DNA from: a virus
Length of the DNA: 64,000 nt
Virus record (IMG/VR): IMGVR_UViG_3300045988_135485
Direction: 5' to 3' (one strand)
In this document: one piece after another, positions 37,985 through 49,000 of the stretch
How positions within the stretch are numbered: position 1 is the first letter of the stretch
How the letters are laid out: each line of letters starts with the position of its first letter
Made by a program: the position numbers and the translations under genes
Notes under the pieces: model-generated
The model's database searches: none
What the model was told of the DNA's origin: nothing
The model's input: only the letters and a program-made list of their open reading frames with translations

Positions 37985-38434
37985 ATGGAGACTAAAATGG
38001 AAGAAGCCAAAGATAAGAAAAATTTATCTGATTCAATCAATATTACCTATAGTGAAGACGGGGTAACTGAAAAAACCAAGACGATTAAAATGTCGATGGG
38101 TCTTTTACAAGCCATGTTTTCTAAGTTTGTAGATAAGGACCAGATATTTAATCTGGGAATGGATGCCTATCTTCAAAATGCCCTGATTAATGAAGTTATG
38201 GATGATAGAGACGAGAACGGAAATCGTAAGAATGTAGAAAAGAACTGGGCTATGTTCTTGTCTTGTGAGGAGGGGGAAAAACTCAGCAACTGGATTTCGG
38301 AGCACATCGTTGATTTTTTTACTTTCAAACTGGAGCAGCAGATGAAGAATGTAGAAAAATTAATGCCTGCTCTAAAAGAGGCAGACAAAGTCAACAAGAA
38401 GGCGATGAAAGAGGAAAAATCGAATCCTGCCTAA
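37985..38434 (+). CDS. tail assembly chaperone (lambda G-like)
   Basis: Acidic 149-aa protein immediately upstream of the tape measure gene. Confidence 0.45.
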   Translation: METKMEEAKDKKNLSDSINITYSEDGVTEKTKTIKMSMGLLQAMFSKFVDKDQIFNLGMDAYLQNALINEVMDDRDENGNRKNVEKNWAMFLSCEEGEKLSNWISEHIVDFFTFKLEQQMKNVEKLMPALKEADKVNKKAMKEEKSNPA

Positions 38435-38700
38435 AATGGATAGAAGGGTTAAACTTCGAGGAACTTACCTTTTGGGCTTTTAAGGATTCTTTGTATAATA
38501 TAAAGTGGCGTTTTTCTCTTAGAGAAATTCGCAGCTATATACAAATAAGAGTGTCAGAAAAACAAACTGATGCGATTACCAACTTTGAAGCAATGGCTAA
38601 AGTATTAGCGATTGCTTTTGGGAGTAATAAAAAAGGCAAAGAAACTAAAATCCAGAACGAAAGTCAGCTGAGAATGGCTCTGGAAAAAATGAAAGGGTAA
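38314..38700 (+). CDS. -1 frame ORF overlapping the chaperone 3' end (possible G-T frameshift extension)
   Basis: The -1 frame is open from 38314 and overlaps the G-like gene by about 120 nt. I did not identify a clear slippery heptamer. Confidence 0.3.
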   Translation, partial: FFYFQTGAADEECRKINACSKRGRQSQQEGDERGKIESCLKWIEGLNFEELTFWAFKDSLYNIKWRFSLREIRSYIQIRVSEKQTDAITNFEAMAKVLAIAFGSNKKGKETKIQNESQLRMALEKMKG

Positions 38701-38708
38701 GGGAGAGA

Positions 38709-41700
38709 ATGGCGGACATCGAGAAAGCTGTTGTTGAGACTAAGCTTAAGGTAGATTCTAAGGAATTAAAAAAGTCCTTTGACGAGATAGAGACAAGCCT
38801 TAAAAATATAGAAGCCTTAAAGAAAAAGGCAGCTAAACAGAACCTGTTCTCAGAAGGTGATATAAAAAGGTCACAGTTAATTGGTAAAGAGATTAAGGAG
38901 GCCTTTAATAATTATAACGGCAATCTTTTAAATAAAAGTATGTCGCAAGCCCTTAGTAATATTTCAGGACAAACTAAGGCTTTAAATAGACAGCTCAAAG
39001 CTATACAAGCTTTTTATACTGGTCTACCGGCTATGATTAATAAAGCTGAACTGACTGGTAAACGCACTAAGCTAATGTATAGTGGAGCGGATGCTGAAAT
39101 TTTCCAGCAGGCTAAGACAGCCGCCGCACTGGAAAATATGCAAAAGACAATAAAGTCTTATCAATTATCTCAGCTCGGTATTAGTAACGAAGCTCAAAAA
39201 TATGCTGAACGTTCTCAACAATTAAATCAGTATCTGGGCGTAACCCAGTTAAGGTTAATGGCCAATTATGCGGCTATTAACGCAGTCACAAATGGTCTCA
39301 GGTCTGTTCTTAATTATACGGGTCAGTTTAATGAAGAATTAAAGCAGTTGCAGGCCATATCGGCTGTTTCCGACACCGGCTTAAAAGGTTTAAAAGAAAC
39401 TATTTATGAAGTAGCCAATGCGACCAAATTTAATTCCTTAGAAGTGGCTAAGTCCGCTACAGTATTAGCTCAAGCTGGTTTGAGTGTATCTCAAATTAAA
39501 GAGACCCTTCCGGCCATTGCTAAGCTTGCTACAGCAACAGGTACAGACTTAGCTACCTCCACGGATGTTATTACTTCTACACTTAATATTTACAGTCTTC
39601 AAGTAACAGAGGCAACTCAGGTAACTAATGCCTTAACAACTGCAATGAATGAATCTAAAGCTGATATTGCCGGATTCCAGACTGCTATTCAGTATGCAGG
39701 TAACTTTGCGGCTCAACTGGGTATGTCCTATGAAGAGACAGCCGCTGCGATTGCTGCCGCTACCCAAGCTGGTATTAGGTCTAAATCTATGCTTGGTACT
39801 GGCTTAAGAGCAGTATTGACAGAGTTTTTAAAACCTACAGATAAGTTAGTAACTCAACTAGGAAAAGTTGGACTAACTTTAAGTGACATTGATGTTAGAA
39901 CTAAAGGCTTTACAAACGTATTAAAGACTTTAAAAGATGCTGGTTTTGGAGCTGCTGAGGCTTTTCGAGGAATGGAAAGAAGAGGTGCTGCTTTCTTAGT
40001 CGCCTTGATTAACCAAGTTGATTTTATCGGTCAATTAAGAGAGAGAATGGCTGGTAGCACAGCGGCTATGAAGGCTAATGAAACCCAGATGGAAGCTCTT
40101 ACTAATCAATGGAAGAATTTTAAATCTATCTTAGGAAATATTGCCTACGAAGGATTAGAACCTATAATTGAACTCTTGAGTAAATTACTCAAAACTATAA
40201 ATAGTTTTATGTCTTCAGGATTAGTAGGAATTATAGGTTCAGTTTTATTTGGTACAATAACCGTTGCTGGAACAACCAGCTTTGTTTCTTTGATAATAAA
40301 GAGCCTAGGTACTATTTCTAGTTCTATAGTAAAGCTCGGAAAATCTTTGGAAGTTATGCAAAGATACAGTAGAATGCATGGAGTATCAACGGCAGTTACA
40401 GGCATCTCCGCTATTTTTACTAAACTTCCTCTGGGACAAGTAACAATGTTTGCAGCTGCTATATCTGCACTCATAACTACTCTTGGTATGGCTGCAAGTG
40501 CAATGGGTTTATTTACAAGTGAATCTGATAAAGCAAAAGCTAAGCTTGAAGAATCCTTAGGTGAATTGGATAAAGCTCAGCAAGGTTATAGTACACTGCA
40601 AAATATGCTTGACCGTTTTTATGCAAATAGACAGAAGCTGGATAATCAGGCAGAAAGAAATATTTTCGTCCGTGAGATTATTACAAGGATTCCTGAGGCA
40701 AGCACTGTAATAAAAGATGCGACTATATCTGTAGACGAACTGGAGAAAGCCCTTCATAAACTGAACGATATAAGGCTAGATAAGTTAGTTAATGAAACTA
40801 AAAAAGTGGCTGAAGCTACAAAACAATCTTTGTTTGCTGATACTGCTGAGAATTTGTCTAACATAATTTCAAACGGTTGGTTCGGTTCTTCAAGTGAAGG
40901 GTTACATAATTTATTAGGCTATATAACGAACTTGAAAAATTTGATGCCTGAATTAGAGACTAAAAATATTAGCACTGAATTAAGCAAGGCATGGGATAGA
41001 AGACTAGGCTTTGGTTCTACCGATACGAGTTCTAAAAGATTAACTTCTGTTCTTATTGAAGAAATAAGAAAGGCTGCCGAAAAGAGGTATCCAGAAGAAT
41101 CTTCGAATCAAGCAAGTTATCTTAGAAATACTGCTGAGCTTATTAAGGATAATGAAGAATTTAAACAGCTTTTAAATGATATAGCCGATAATATAGAAGC
41201 TGAAGCTAATCTTATTTCGGCAGCAACCGCTAGAGGTGTTAAAGCTGAATTTAGTGACGAAATCTCTCAGATAATGAGGGACACTCAAAGCTCAATCGCT
41301 GATGCTGCCAAGGCTCAAGAAGACGTAAATAACTCTCTAAGGCTTGGAATTGACTTGAGTAAGGAACAAGTTGAGGCTGTAAAAAACAGCAGTTCTAGTC
41401 TAGAGGAAATGCAAAAAAGACTAGACAGTCTTAAAAATGTAAAGACCACAGCCGATTTAGCTTCTTTCTTCGGTATAAAAGAATCCGATTTAAAAATTAG
41501 ACTTAGTAATATGCGGAAGGAAAACCCGGAGCTGAGAAATGTCTCTGATAAGGACCTTGTTACTAGAATAGTTGGACAGATGACTACAGAGTTCTCTGGA
41601 GCTATTAGTCGTTTAATTGAAGCTATGACAAGCTTAGAAGATACTATCGCTGCTAATTCTCAACTAGACAGAGCCTCTCGTAATGCCGCATCTGAAACTT

Positions 41701-43208
41701 CGAGAATAATATCTCAAAGGATTAATTCATTAGGTGGTATTCCTGCTGCTGAATTGGCTAAGGAAGAGAAAGCTATCAAAGACTTAATAGATGAATATAG
41801 AAGTTATGCCAGAGCCGCTGCCGGACTTGGTAATTTGGAAGAAGGAGTGGCTCTTACTCCGGAGCAAAAGAAAGCTGAATCTCGTATTAATATGCAAATT
41901 GACATATGGGAAAAGAAATTAACGTCTACGTCTAGTAACTTAATTGCTAAAATTGATACTACCAGTATGCGTATGGATTACTTCTTTAAAATGCTTAAGG
42001 CCAATATTGAAGAAGCTGACGCTGCCTATAACAAAGCTATAGCCAATATGAATAAGCAGGTCAATATTCAACAGGGTATAGTTACCGGAGCCGAGAGATA
42101 TTATGGCTCTGGAAGTGTAATATCTTCCGTAGAACAGCAACGTTTAACTGACCTTCAAGAAGCTAATCTAGCGAAGGAAACAGAGGTTTCAGAACGGCTT
42201 TATAAACGATATGAAGAAATCTTAGAGACCTTGAGAAATAACCCGATGTATTCAAATATAAAGGGGGATTATTTCAGTGCCTTAGAAAGGTATCAAAGAG
42301 CTCAGTCTTCTGGTAGTGCCGTAGAAATTGAAGCCGCCTATAGAAATCTGAATCGAGTATCTGATACATATAATAAGTTTGCTAAACAGGAAACAGACTT
42401 AGAAAAATCTATGTATGACTTGAAGGAGACTATAGACGTAAATAACGCCACTTTGGATTATATTAAAAAACAAGGTGAGATGAGTGGTATGGGACAGATA
42501 ACCTCGGGATTTAATTATGGTATTCAGTCCTATAGAGATGAGGTAAAAAATCAGGGATTATTAACTTTAGGAGAAACTACTGCCAGTTATACTAAACAAA
42601 GTGTAGACGCATTAGACTCTAGTTTGTCTGAAATGTTCTCTAACATTTTGAGTGGTTCAGCAAAAGCCGGAGATGCCTTTAAAAGTTTCGGCCAAACAGT
42701 TATAGCTACTTTAAGGGACATTGCTGTTCAAATGGCTGTTAAACAAGGCTTAAATCTTCTCTTTTCTGCATTCGGATTTGGAACCGGGGGGGGAGAAAGT
42801 CCTACGAATTTGTTAGCCCAAATCCCCGGGTTTGGTAAAGCCCAAGGCGGTCTAGTAGTTGGTCCTACTCCTAATCGAGATTCTGTTTTAACAAAGCTAA
42901 TGCCGGGTGAATATGTTCTTAAAAAGTCGGCCGTTGACACCATTGGTAAAGATTATCTGGATAATTTGAATAATAATTCTAATGGAATTATTCAAGGTTC
43001 TAAAGAAGAAATGGATTCGTCTTTAGCTGCAACATCGTCTGATTCAAATTCTCCAACACCAAACGGAATAGTAAACGTATATGTTGTCGCTCAAGACCAG
43101 CAACAAGGTATGTCTCCAAACGATGTTTTGGTTACAATTTCAAACGATATTCTTAAAGGTGGTCAGACAAAACGATTGATTAAACAGGTAGCAGTCGGAG
43201 GTATATAG
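38709..43208 (+). CDS. tape measure protein
   Basis: 1499 aa, coiled-coil rich. A hydrophobic segment sits at about residue 490-570 and a Gly-rich segment near the C-terminus. Canonical position. Confidence 0.8.
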   Translation: MADIEKAVVETKLKVDSKELKKSFDEIETSLKNIEALKKKAAKQNLFSEGDIKRSQLIGKEIKEAFNNYNGNLLNKSMSQALSNISGQTKALNRQLKAIQAFYTGLPAMINKAELTGKRTKLMYSGADAEIFQQAKTAAALENMQKTIKSYQLSQLGISNEAQKYAERSQQLNQYLGVTQLRLMANYAAINAVTNGLRSVLNYTGQFNEELKQLQAISAVSDTGLKGLKETIYEVANATKFNSLEVAKSATVLAQAGLSVSQIKETLPAIAKLATATGTDLATSTDVITSTLNIYSLQVTEATQVTNALTTAMNESKADIAGFQTAIQYAGNFAAQLGMSYEETAAAIAAATQAGIRSKSMLGTGLRAVLTEFLKPTDKLVTQLGKVGLTLSDIDVRTKGFTNVLKTLKDAGFGAAEAFRGMERRGAAFLVALINQVDFIGQLRERMAGSTAAMKANETQMEALTNQWKNFKSILGNIAYEGLEPIIELLSKLLKTINSFMSSGLVGIIGSVLFGTITVAGTTSFVSLIIKSLGTISSSIVKLGKSLEVMQRYSRMHGVSTAVTGISAIFTKLPLGQVTMFAAAISALITTLGMAASAMGLFTSESDKAKAKLEESLGELDKAQQGYSTLQNMLDRFYANRQKLDNQAERNIFVREIITRIPEASTVIKDATISVDELEKALHKLNDIRLDKLVNETKKVAEATKQSLFADTAENLSNIISNGWFGSSSEGLHNLLGYITNLKNLMPELETKNISTELSKAWDRRLGFGSTDTSSKRLTSVLIEEIRKAAEKRYPEESSNQASYLRNTAELIKDNEEFKQLLNDIADNIEAEANLISAATARGVKAEFSDEISQIMRDTQSSIADAAKAQEDVNNSLRLGIDLSKEQVEAVKNSSSSLEEMQKRLDSLKNVKTTADLASFFGIKESDLKIRLSNMRKENPELRNVSDKDLVTRIVGQMTTEFSGAISRLIEAMTSLEDTIAANSQLDRASRNAASETSRIISQRINSLGGIPAAELAKEEKAIKDLIDEYRSYARAAAGLGNLEEGVALTPEQKKAESRINMQIDIWEKKLTSTSSNLIAKIDTTSMRMDYFFKMLKANIEEADAAYNKAIANMNKQVNIQQGIVTGAERYYGSGSVISSVEQQRLTDLQEANLAKETEVSERLYKRYEEILETLRNNPMYSNIKGDYFSALERYQRAQSSGSAVEIEAAYRNLNRVSDTYNKFAKQETDLEKSMYDLKETIDVNNATLDYIKKQGEMSGMGQITSGFNYGIQSYRDEVKNQGLLTLGETTASYTKQSVDALDSSLSEMFSNILSGSAKAGDAFKSFGQTVIATLRDIAVQMAVKQGLNLLFSAFGFGTGGGESPTNLLAQIPGFGKAQGGLVVGPTPNRDSVLTKLMPGEYVLKKSAVDTIGKDYLDNLNNNSNGIIQGSKEEMDSSLAATSSDSNSPTPNGIVNVYVVAQDQQQGMSPNDVLVTISNDILKGGQTKRLIKQVAVGGI

Positions 43209-43609
43209 TGGAAAATTTTGATAATTTTATGATGCATTTAGTAAAGGCTGAATATCAACCTAACGGTTTTTCGGTAAACTTTGGTGGCGGATATTCTTTT
43301 GATACAGATGGTGGTTATCCTCCTCTTAAAAAGTTTACATTGACTTTCAAAGGATATAGATACTACACTAAAATTGTAAATGGTGTCGAAGTTGTTGACC
43401 ATGAAAAAAATAAGGATAAGAATAATATGGCTGCTTTGGAAGATTTTTATTTGCGCCATTTAACTTATAAAAATTTTGAATATAACAGCCCTATTTATGG
43501 AAAAGTTATAGTCAGATTTTCTGAACCTTTAAGTATTCCTGAGGGATATGAAAGTGGTCACGGAGTATTGAAGGATTTTAACGTTATATTGAAGGAAGTA
43601 TTTGCATGA
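43208..43609 (+). CDS. minor tail protein (lambda M-like position)
   Basis: Synteny. ATGA-coupled to the tape measure gene. Confidence 0.35.
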   Translation: MENFDNFMMHLVKAEYQPNGFSVNFGGGYSFDTDGGYPPLKKFTLTFKGYRYYTKIVNGVEVVDHEKNKDKNNMAALEDFYLRHLTYKNFEYNSPIYGKVIVRFSEPLSIPEGYESGHGVLKDFNVILKEVFA

Positions 43610-44094
43610 CTCTACTTATTCCTGAAGAACATAAAGAAGAAAATCTTAAACTTTCAGCAGATGCATACGTTGACCTGTTCCACATCCAACTTCGTAATGG
43701 CTCTAACTTTTTTATTAAAGCTGGAGACCCTGTTTTTTGGAACGGGAATGACTGGGAGAGTCTACCTATTTCTCTTAGCGGTTACGATATAAAGTCCGAT
43801 TCAGAGGTGTCTCGGCCAAAACTTCAAGTTGTTAATCCAGAAGGAGTTTTTTCAAAGATTATTCTTGACGGAGACTTAGATAAAGCTTTTTGTTATCGTT
43901 ACCGGGTTCTTCGCCGAGATATTGACCAAAACCGTCCGGTTTATCAAATGCTGATGTGGATTATTTGGACTGCAACTTCTATCAATAAGCACTATGTTGA
44001 GTTTGAACTGCGTAATCCTATGGACGGTAATAATTTTTATATTCCGGCGAGGCAGTATCTCCCTCCGGAGTTTCCAGCTGTAACATTTAGGTAG
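43606..44094 (+). CDS. minor tail protein (lambda L-like position)
   Basis: Synteny only. Confidence 0.35.
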   Translation: MTLLIPEEHKEENLKLSADAYVDLFHIQLRNGSNFFIKAGDPVFWNGNDWESLPISLSGYDIKSDSEVSRPKLQVVNPEGVFSKIILDGDLDKAFCYRYRVLRRDIDQNRPVYQMLMWIIWTATSINKHYVEFELRNPMDGNNFYIPARQYLPPEFPAVTFR

Positions 44095-44104
44095 GAGAAT
44101 TTAA

Positions 44105-44632
44105 ATGCCTATTATAAAATATCCGACCGAAGAAGTTTTTAGACAGTATGTAGGAATAGATTTTAACCATGGAAGTACAGATTGCTACGGGCTTATTCGT
44201 AGAGTATATTCAGAAGTATTTGGAATTATACTTACTGATTATGCCCGTCCTGATGATTGGTGGAACCATAGTGACGAATATAATCTCTACATGGACAATT
44301 ATGAAAGCGAAGGATTTAGAATCGTAGATTCTGACCTTATTCGTAATTGGGAAGTTGGGGATATTATTTTAATGGCTATTCAATCTACTGTTCCCTGCCA
44401 TGCCGGTATCTATATTGGGGAAGGTAAGATATTACATCATTTTTACGGGCGTAAATCTTCTATTGAAAATTATTGTAGAATATGGAAGAATACCACTACA
44501 GGAGTAATTAGGCATAAAGATTTAAAGATTGATAGGCCTATGGAAAAAATGGAGTTGTCAGAAGATGCTAGAATCAAGTCTTTTATGTTATTACAGCAAG
44601 AACGGTCCAGAACGCGGGGGGATAATAACTAA
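44105..44632 (+). CDS. NlpC/P60 cysteine peptidase domain tail protein (lambda K C-domain-like)
   Basis: Cys in DCYGLIRRVY and His in CHAGIYIGEGKILHH fit an NlpC/P60-like Cys...His arrangement. Confidence 0.55.
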   Translation: MPIIKYPTEEVFRQYVGIDFNHGSTDCYGLIRRVYSEVFGIILTDYARPDDWWNHSDEYNLYMDNYESEGFRIVDSDLIRNWEVGDIILMAIQSTVPCHAGIYIGEGKILHHFYGRKSSIENYCRIWKNTTTGVIRHKDLKIDRPMEKMELSEDARIKSFMLLQQERSRTRGDNN

Positions 44633-44888
44633 CAGAGGTCCACAAGAATGTGAAAATGTTTGCGAAAATCCCTACGGGGGTTTTGAAATGAGCTTTGAGG
44701 ACCAAGACAAGTTGGATTCACCCGATGTTGTTGGAACATTTCATACTCATCCGGGGGCTTCAGCCAACCTTAGCTTTGAGGACTATGAATCTTTTATGGG
44801 TTATCCTAAATTAACTCACTACATTATTGGCCAAGATGGTATTCGCTCCTACAAAGTTATAAATGGAGCATTAGTTAATGAAGGTTAA
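44529..44888 (+). CDS. MPN/JAB (JAMM) metalloprotease domain tail protein (lambda K N-domain-like)
   Basis: GTFHTHPGASANLSFEDYESF contains the HxH...S..D JAMM core. The ORF overlaps the NlpC/P60 gene by about 100 nt in another frame. The first in-frame ATG is at 44677. Confidence 0.5.
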   Translation: MIGLWKKWSCQKMLESSLLCYYSKNGPERGGIITNRGPQECENVCENPYGGFEMSFEDQDKLDSPDVVGTFHTHPGASANLSFEDYESFMGYPKLTHYIIGQDGIRSYKVINGALVNEG

Positions 44889-45453
44889 GATTTTTCTACA
44901 TGGTCATTTACGAGATAAAATTGGAAAAGATTATCTTGAAGAAGATGTAAAAACAGCCAGAGAGGCTTTAAGTAGACTGGACTTTTGTTTATCTAAACTA
45001 GGAAGACCTCCGCTTTCCTTAGGTAGGTGGAAAGTGGTTGTTAAACATTATGAAACTAAAGAGAAACTATTTGGAAGTCTTAGGCATAATATTATTCATG
45101 TTTATCCAAGGTTTTGCACAGCTAAGAATGTATTTTCTGCTATTGGTAATACTATTGTTGCGGCTATGAAGACAATGGGAGGAATAGTTACAGGTCGTAT
45201 TATATGGGATAATAAAGGTTTTATGAAAGACCTTACTCGATTAATGGGGGGAGTAACTGAACTATTTGGGTTAAGCCCGGAAATGAATACGTCTGAAGAA
45301 ATAGAGAATAATTCTAAGTATTTGGGAACTATTGGCAATACAGTTGTTGCCGGAACCCGGATTCCATTTGGGTATGGCCTATATAAAGTTTCTGGACATT
45401 TTATTTCTTATAATGTATCATCTACAACCATAAGGGTATTAAGCAAGGAGTAG
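44878..45453 (+). CDS. tail assembly protein I-like with N-terminal ubiquitin-like domain (copy 1)
   Basis: The N-terminus MKVKIFLHGHLRDKIGKDY begins like the beta-grasp start of lambda gpI. The C-terminal GTRIPFGYGLYKVSGHFISYNVSSTTIRV is shared with copy 2. Confidence 0.5.
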   Translation: MKVKIFLHGHLRDKIGKDYLEEDVKTAREALSRLDFCLSKLGRPPLSLGRWKVVVKHYETKEKLFGSLRHNIIHVYPRFCTAKNVFSAIGNTIVAAMKTMGGIVTGRIIWDNKGFMKDLTRLMGGVTELFGLSPEMNTSEEIENNSKYLGTIGNTVVAGTRIPFGYGLYKVSGHFISYNVSSTTIRVLSKE

Positions 45454-45455
45454 CT

Positions 45456-46082
45456 ATGAAAGTAAAGGTTTATTTTCACGGGCATTTACGGGATAAAATA
45501 AAAAAAGAATTTATTACTTTAGAAGCTGAAACTGCCTATGATGCTCTTAAAGCTATTGCCGTAAAGTATCAGAAAGACCTGAAAGCTCCGCTCGATATTG
45601 GAAGATGGAAGATAAGAATAAAAGGATATGATTCTAAAGAATCTTGGTTTGTTCCTTTATATACTTCAGAACTACATATATATCCTTTATTTAAGGCTGC
45701 TAAATCTAACTGGGCTATGGTTGCCGTCGGTGCTGCCTTGATGGTTGTCGCCCCTTATCTGGCAGGTGCCACAGCTTTTGGACTAGGAACAGCTTTTATG
45801 GGGACTACTGTCGGAGGTGCTTTAGGTTCTTTTGCTTTAACAACAGGTATCGCTCTAGTTTTATCCGGCGTAATGAACCTATTGTTTCCTACTCCGACTT
45901 TAAACACTTCTGAAGAAGCTTCGACAAATTCGAAATATCTAAATGGTTCTAACGCAAATACGGTCGCTGCCGGAACCAGAATCCCATTCGGATATGGCCT
46001 ATTTAAAGTAGCCGGTCATTTTATATCTTATAATATTTCGTCAACAACAATAAAGGTTATAAACAGCAAGGAGTCCAGCTGA
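45456..46082 (+). CDS. tail assembly protein I-like with N-terminal ubiquitin-like domain (copy 2)
   Basis: MKVKVYFHGHLRDKIKKEF ... GTRIPFGYGLFKVAGHFISYNISSTTIKV. A hydrophobic Gly/Ala stretch separates the two domains. Confidence 0.5.
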   Translation: MKVKVYFHGHLRDKIKKEFITLEAETAYDALKAIAVKYQKDLKAPLDIGRWKIRIKGYDSKESWFVPLYTSELHIYPLFKAAKSNWAMVAVGAALMVVAPYLAGATAFGLGTAFMGTTVGGALGSFALTTGIALVLSGVMNLLFPTPTLNTSEEASTNSKYLNGSNANTVAAGTRIPFGYGLFKVAGHFISYNISSTTIKVINSKESS

Positions 46083-49000
46083 TGATAGGTGCCTTAATAA
46101 GAGACAGACTTATTTATGAAAAATCTAAGCTTGAGGCTCAGAAGGCAGAAGAAGCTAAAAAAGCAGCTCGTACCATTAATCTTGACGATACAATCGACCA
46201 AGCTGAAATTGTTCTTGGCCTTTGTGAAGGAGAGATTGAGGGGTTGGAAAATGGAGCAAAAAGTTTTTATGTCAGTGATACTCCTCTTCAATCAGCCGGT
46301 GGAGATGACAACTTTGAAGAAGTGGCTCTTGAACTATTTCCCGGTTCTGGAGCTAATGAAGAACTCTATTATTTCCTCGGTGGCGCAACAAGAAGTACAA
46401 GTGTAGGCGTAGAATTATCTCATGATGTTCCTGTAGTCAGACAAACTCAAACAGGAGAACTTGACTTTATAGAGATTCGTTTGGTTGTATCAGCATTAAT
46501 GTTTCAAGGTAAAAAAGGACCGGGAGCAAGCAGTGTTGAAATAAAGGTTGAATACAGAGCTATATCTGATGAAAAATGGTCCAATATTACTGGAGAAGAT
46601 TTACCGATTATTTTTACTGGTAAAATATCTGGTAATGTGGTTCAAGAATTTAGAATTGAAGTAGAACGAAAAAATGAGCCTTATGAAATTAGAATAACTA
46701 AAATGTCTCAAGACGGTAATAATTCTACAACTTTTAATACCGTTAGCTGGGAATCGTTTCAAGAAGGATTTGTTACTCCTAGAGAATACCCTTATACGGC
46801 TTTAGCTCATATTCACCTACAATACTCTAATCAGTTGACAAGTGTTCCGTCATTTTATGGTATTTATAAACTAATCCGTATTCGTGTTCCTTCCAATTAC
46901 AATCCCGAGACAAGGGAATACACCGGTGAATGGGATGGTACATTTAAAATTGCTTGGTCAGATAATCCGGCTTGGTGTCTGTATGATTTTGTAATGAATG
47001 ACCGTTATGGCGTAAATGCTTATTCTACGGTTACGTTGGATAAATGGGATTGCTATGAAGCAGGTCAATGGTGCGATGAGTTAGTAAACGATGGTCGTGG
47101 AGGAAAACAGCCCCGTTATACCTGTAATCTTCTTCAAACCGAAGCCACGAATGGCCGAGAATTTGCCGTTTATTTGGCAAGTTTATTTAATGCTGTTCTG
47201 GTTGAGGAATCTGTCGGATACCTTCGCCTGTTTGTAGAAAAGGACGCTGACGCAGTCTTCTTATTTACGCCGGAAAATATAACCGAAGATGGTTTCTCGT
47301 ATAGTTTTACTTCTCCGGAAAACAGATATAATGACATTAAAGTTTCATTTACTAATCCGGAAATGAACTGGGAATCGGATACCAGAAGAATCTATAACCA
47401 AGATGACATTGATAAGAATGGGCGCGTTACTTATGATTTCGCTGCTGTTGGATGTATCCGTGAAGGCGAAGCTATGCGACGTGCCTATTATAAATTAATT
47501 ACCTCTCTTACTGAAAAGATTACTGTTACTTTTTCTACAAACAGACAGGCTCAATGCTTATCTAATTTTGATATTATCTTGATAGCTGACCCCGTATTGG
47601 GTTTCTCTATACCGGGAAGAATAAAAAGATTGAGTGAAGATAGAAAGACAGTTTATCTTAGAGACAGTGTTTACCTTGAAGCAGGTATCGGATATAAGAT
47701 AACCTTTAATCTTCCAGACGGGTTATATGAGACCGAAATTAATCCTGTTTCCGGTTCCGGTAGCTTGTATGAATTTACAGTTACAGATGCTCTCCCGGAC
47801 AATCTTCCGGAATTAGCTACTTTCACAATCCATGGTTCTGATAAAACTGGTACTCCTAAACCTTTCCGAATTGTTTCCATATCCGAGGGAGACAATGCCG
47901 ACGTTTATACAATAACGGCCTTGGAATTGAATCGTAATAAATGGGAAGCAGCTGACAATATGGAATTTGAAGGAATGGGAGATTATTCAGGTCTTCCTTC
48001 TATATCAGAGATTCCGCATATATTAGACGCTTCTTTTTATCTTAACTATAATAAGGTTAATAACGAAACCGAATTGTATATCACTGCTACATTTGACCCT
48101 ACATATCCTTATTATTCCGGCGGCCTTGTTGTATATAGTAAAACGTCGGGAGATGAGGCATGGATAAAGAGAGAAGTTGTAAATAACAACATTATTATCG
48201 ACCATCCGGCAGGGGTTTACCAGTTTGTTATTTTACCGTTATCCACAACGGGGATAACGCCGTCTTTTGAGACAGCTCCTATATTTACATACGAGGTCGA
48301 GGACGTGTTCGATTATCCGTCCAACGTTAAAAATTTAAGAGTTTCTCGTTCAATCAATGGTGTTCAACTTACATGGGACCCAGTAGAGGATATTGATTTA
48401 TCCGGATACGAGATAAGAGAAGGAACCGATTGGGATACCGGAGAAGTGATAACAACCGGCTTTATGGGAACTTCTACCTTTGTTGCTCTTGAAGACAGTA
48501 ATACTCATCATTATATGGTTTGCGCTCAGAACTTCTTAGGCATATATAGCTTAATTCCTGCATATATATCCACAAGTGTTTACAATCCTGAAGACGTTCC
48601 GGCTTTCTATGCAACAGTATGCCAAGACAGAGTAAGGTTCGATTGGGAACAAGTCCCGGGCGTGGACATCGAGTATGAAATCAGACAAGGAAATAATTGG
48701 AGCACCGCTATAAAGGTTGCGAAAGTTAAGGGTAACAACACCACTGTTCTTTTGCCTGCTTTAAGTGACGTTGTATATGCAATTAAAGCTGTTTCCCCAG
48801 CAGGTCTATACAGTGTAAATCCTCGATATGCCCGTCCGGATATGGAACTGTTCTCAAACAGAAACATTATTCTGGAAGTAGACAATGCTGCTGAAGGTTT
48901 CCCCGGAATTACTTATGGTTTCGAACCTTTATCGTATGTAGACAAATCTTTGGTTATGAAACAGGAAGTTACCCGTGCCGAGCACTATTTCCCGGTTGAG

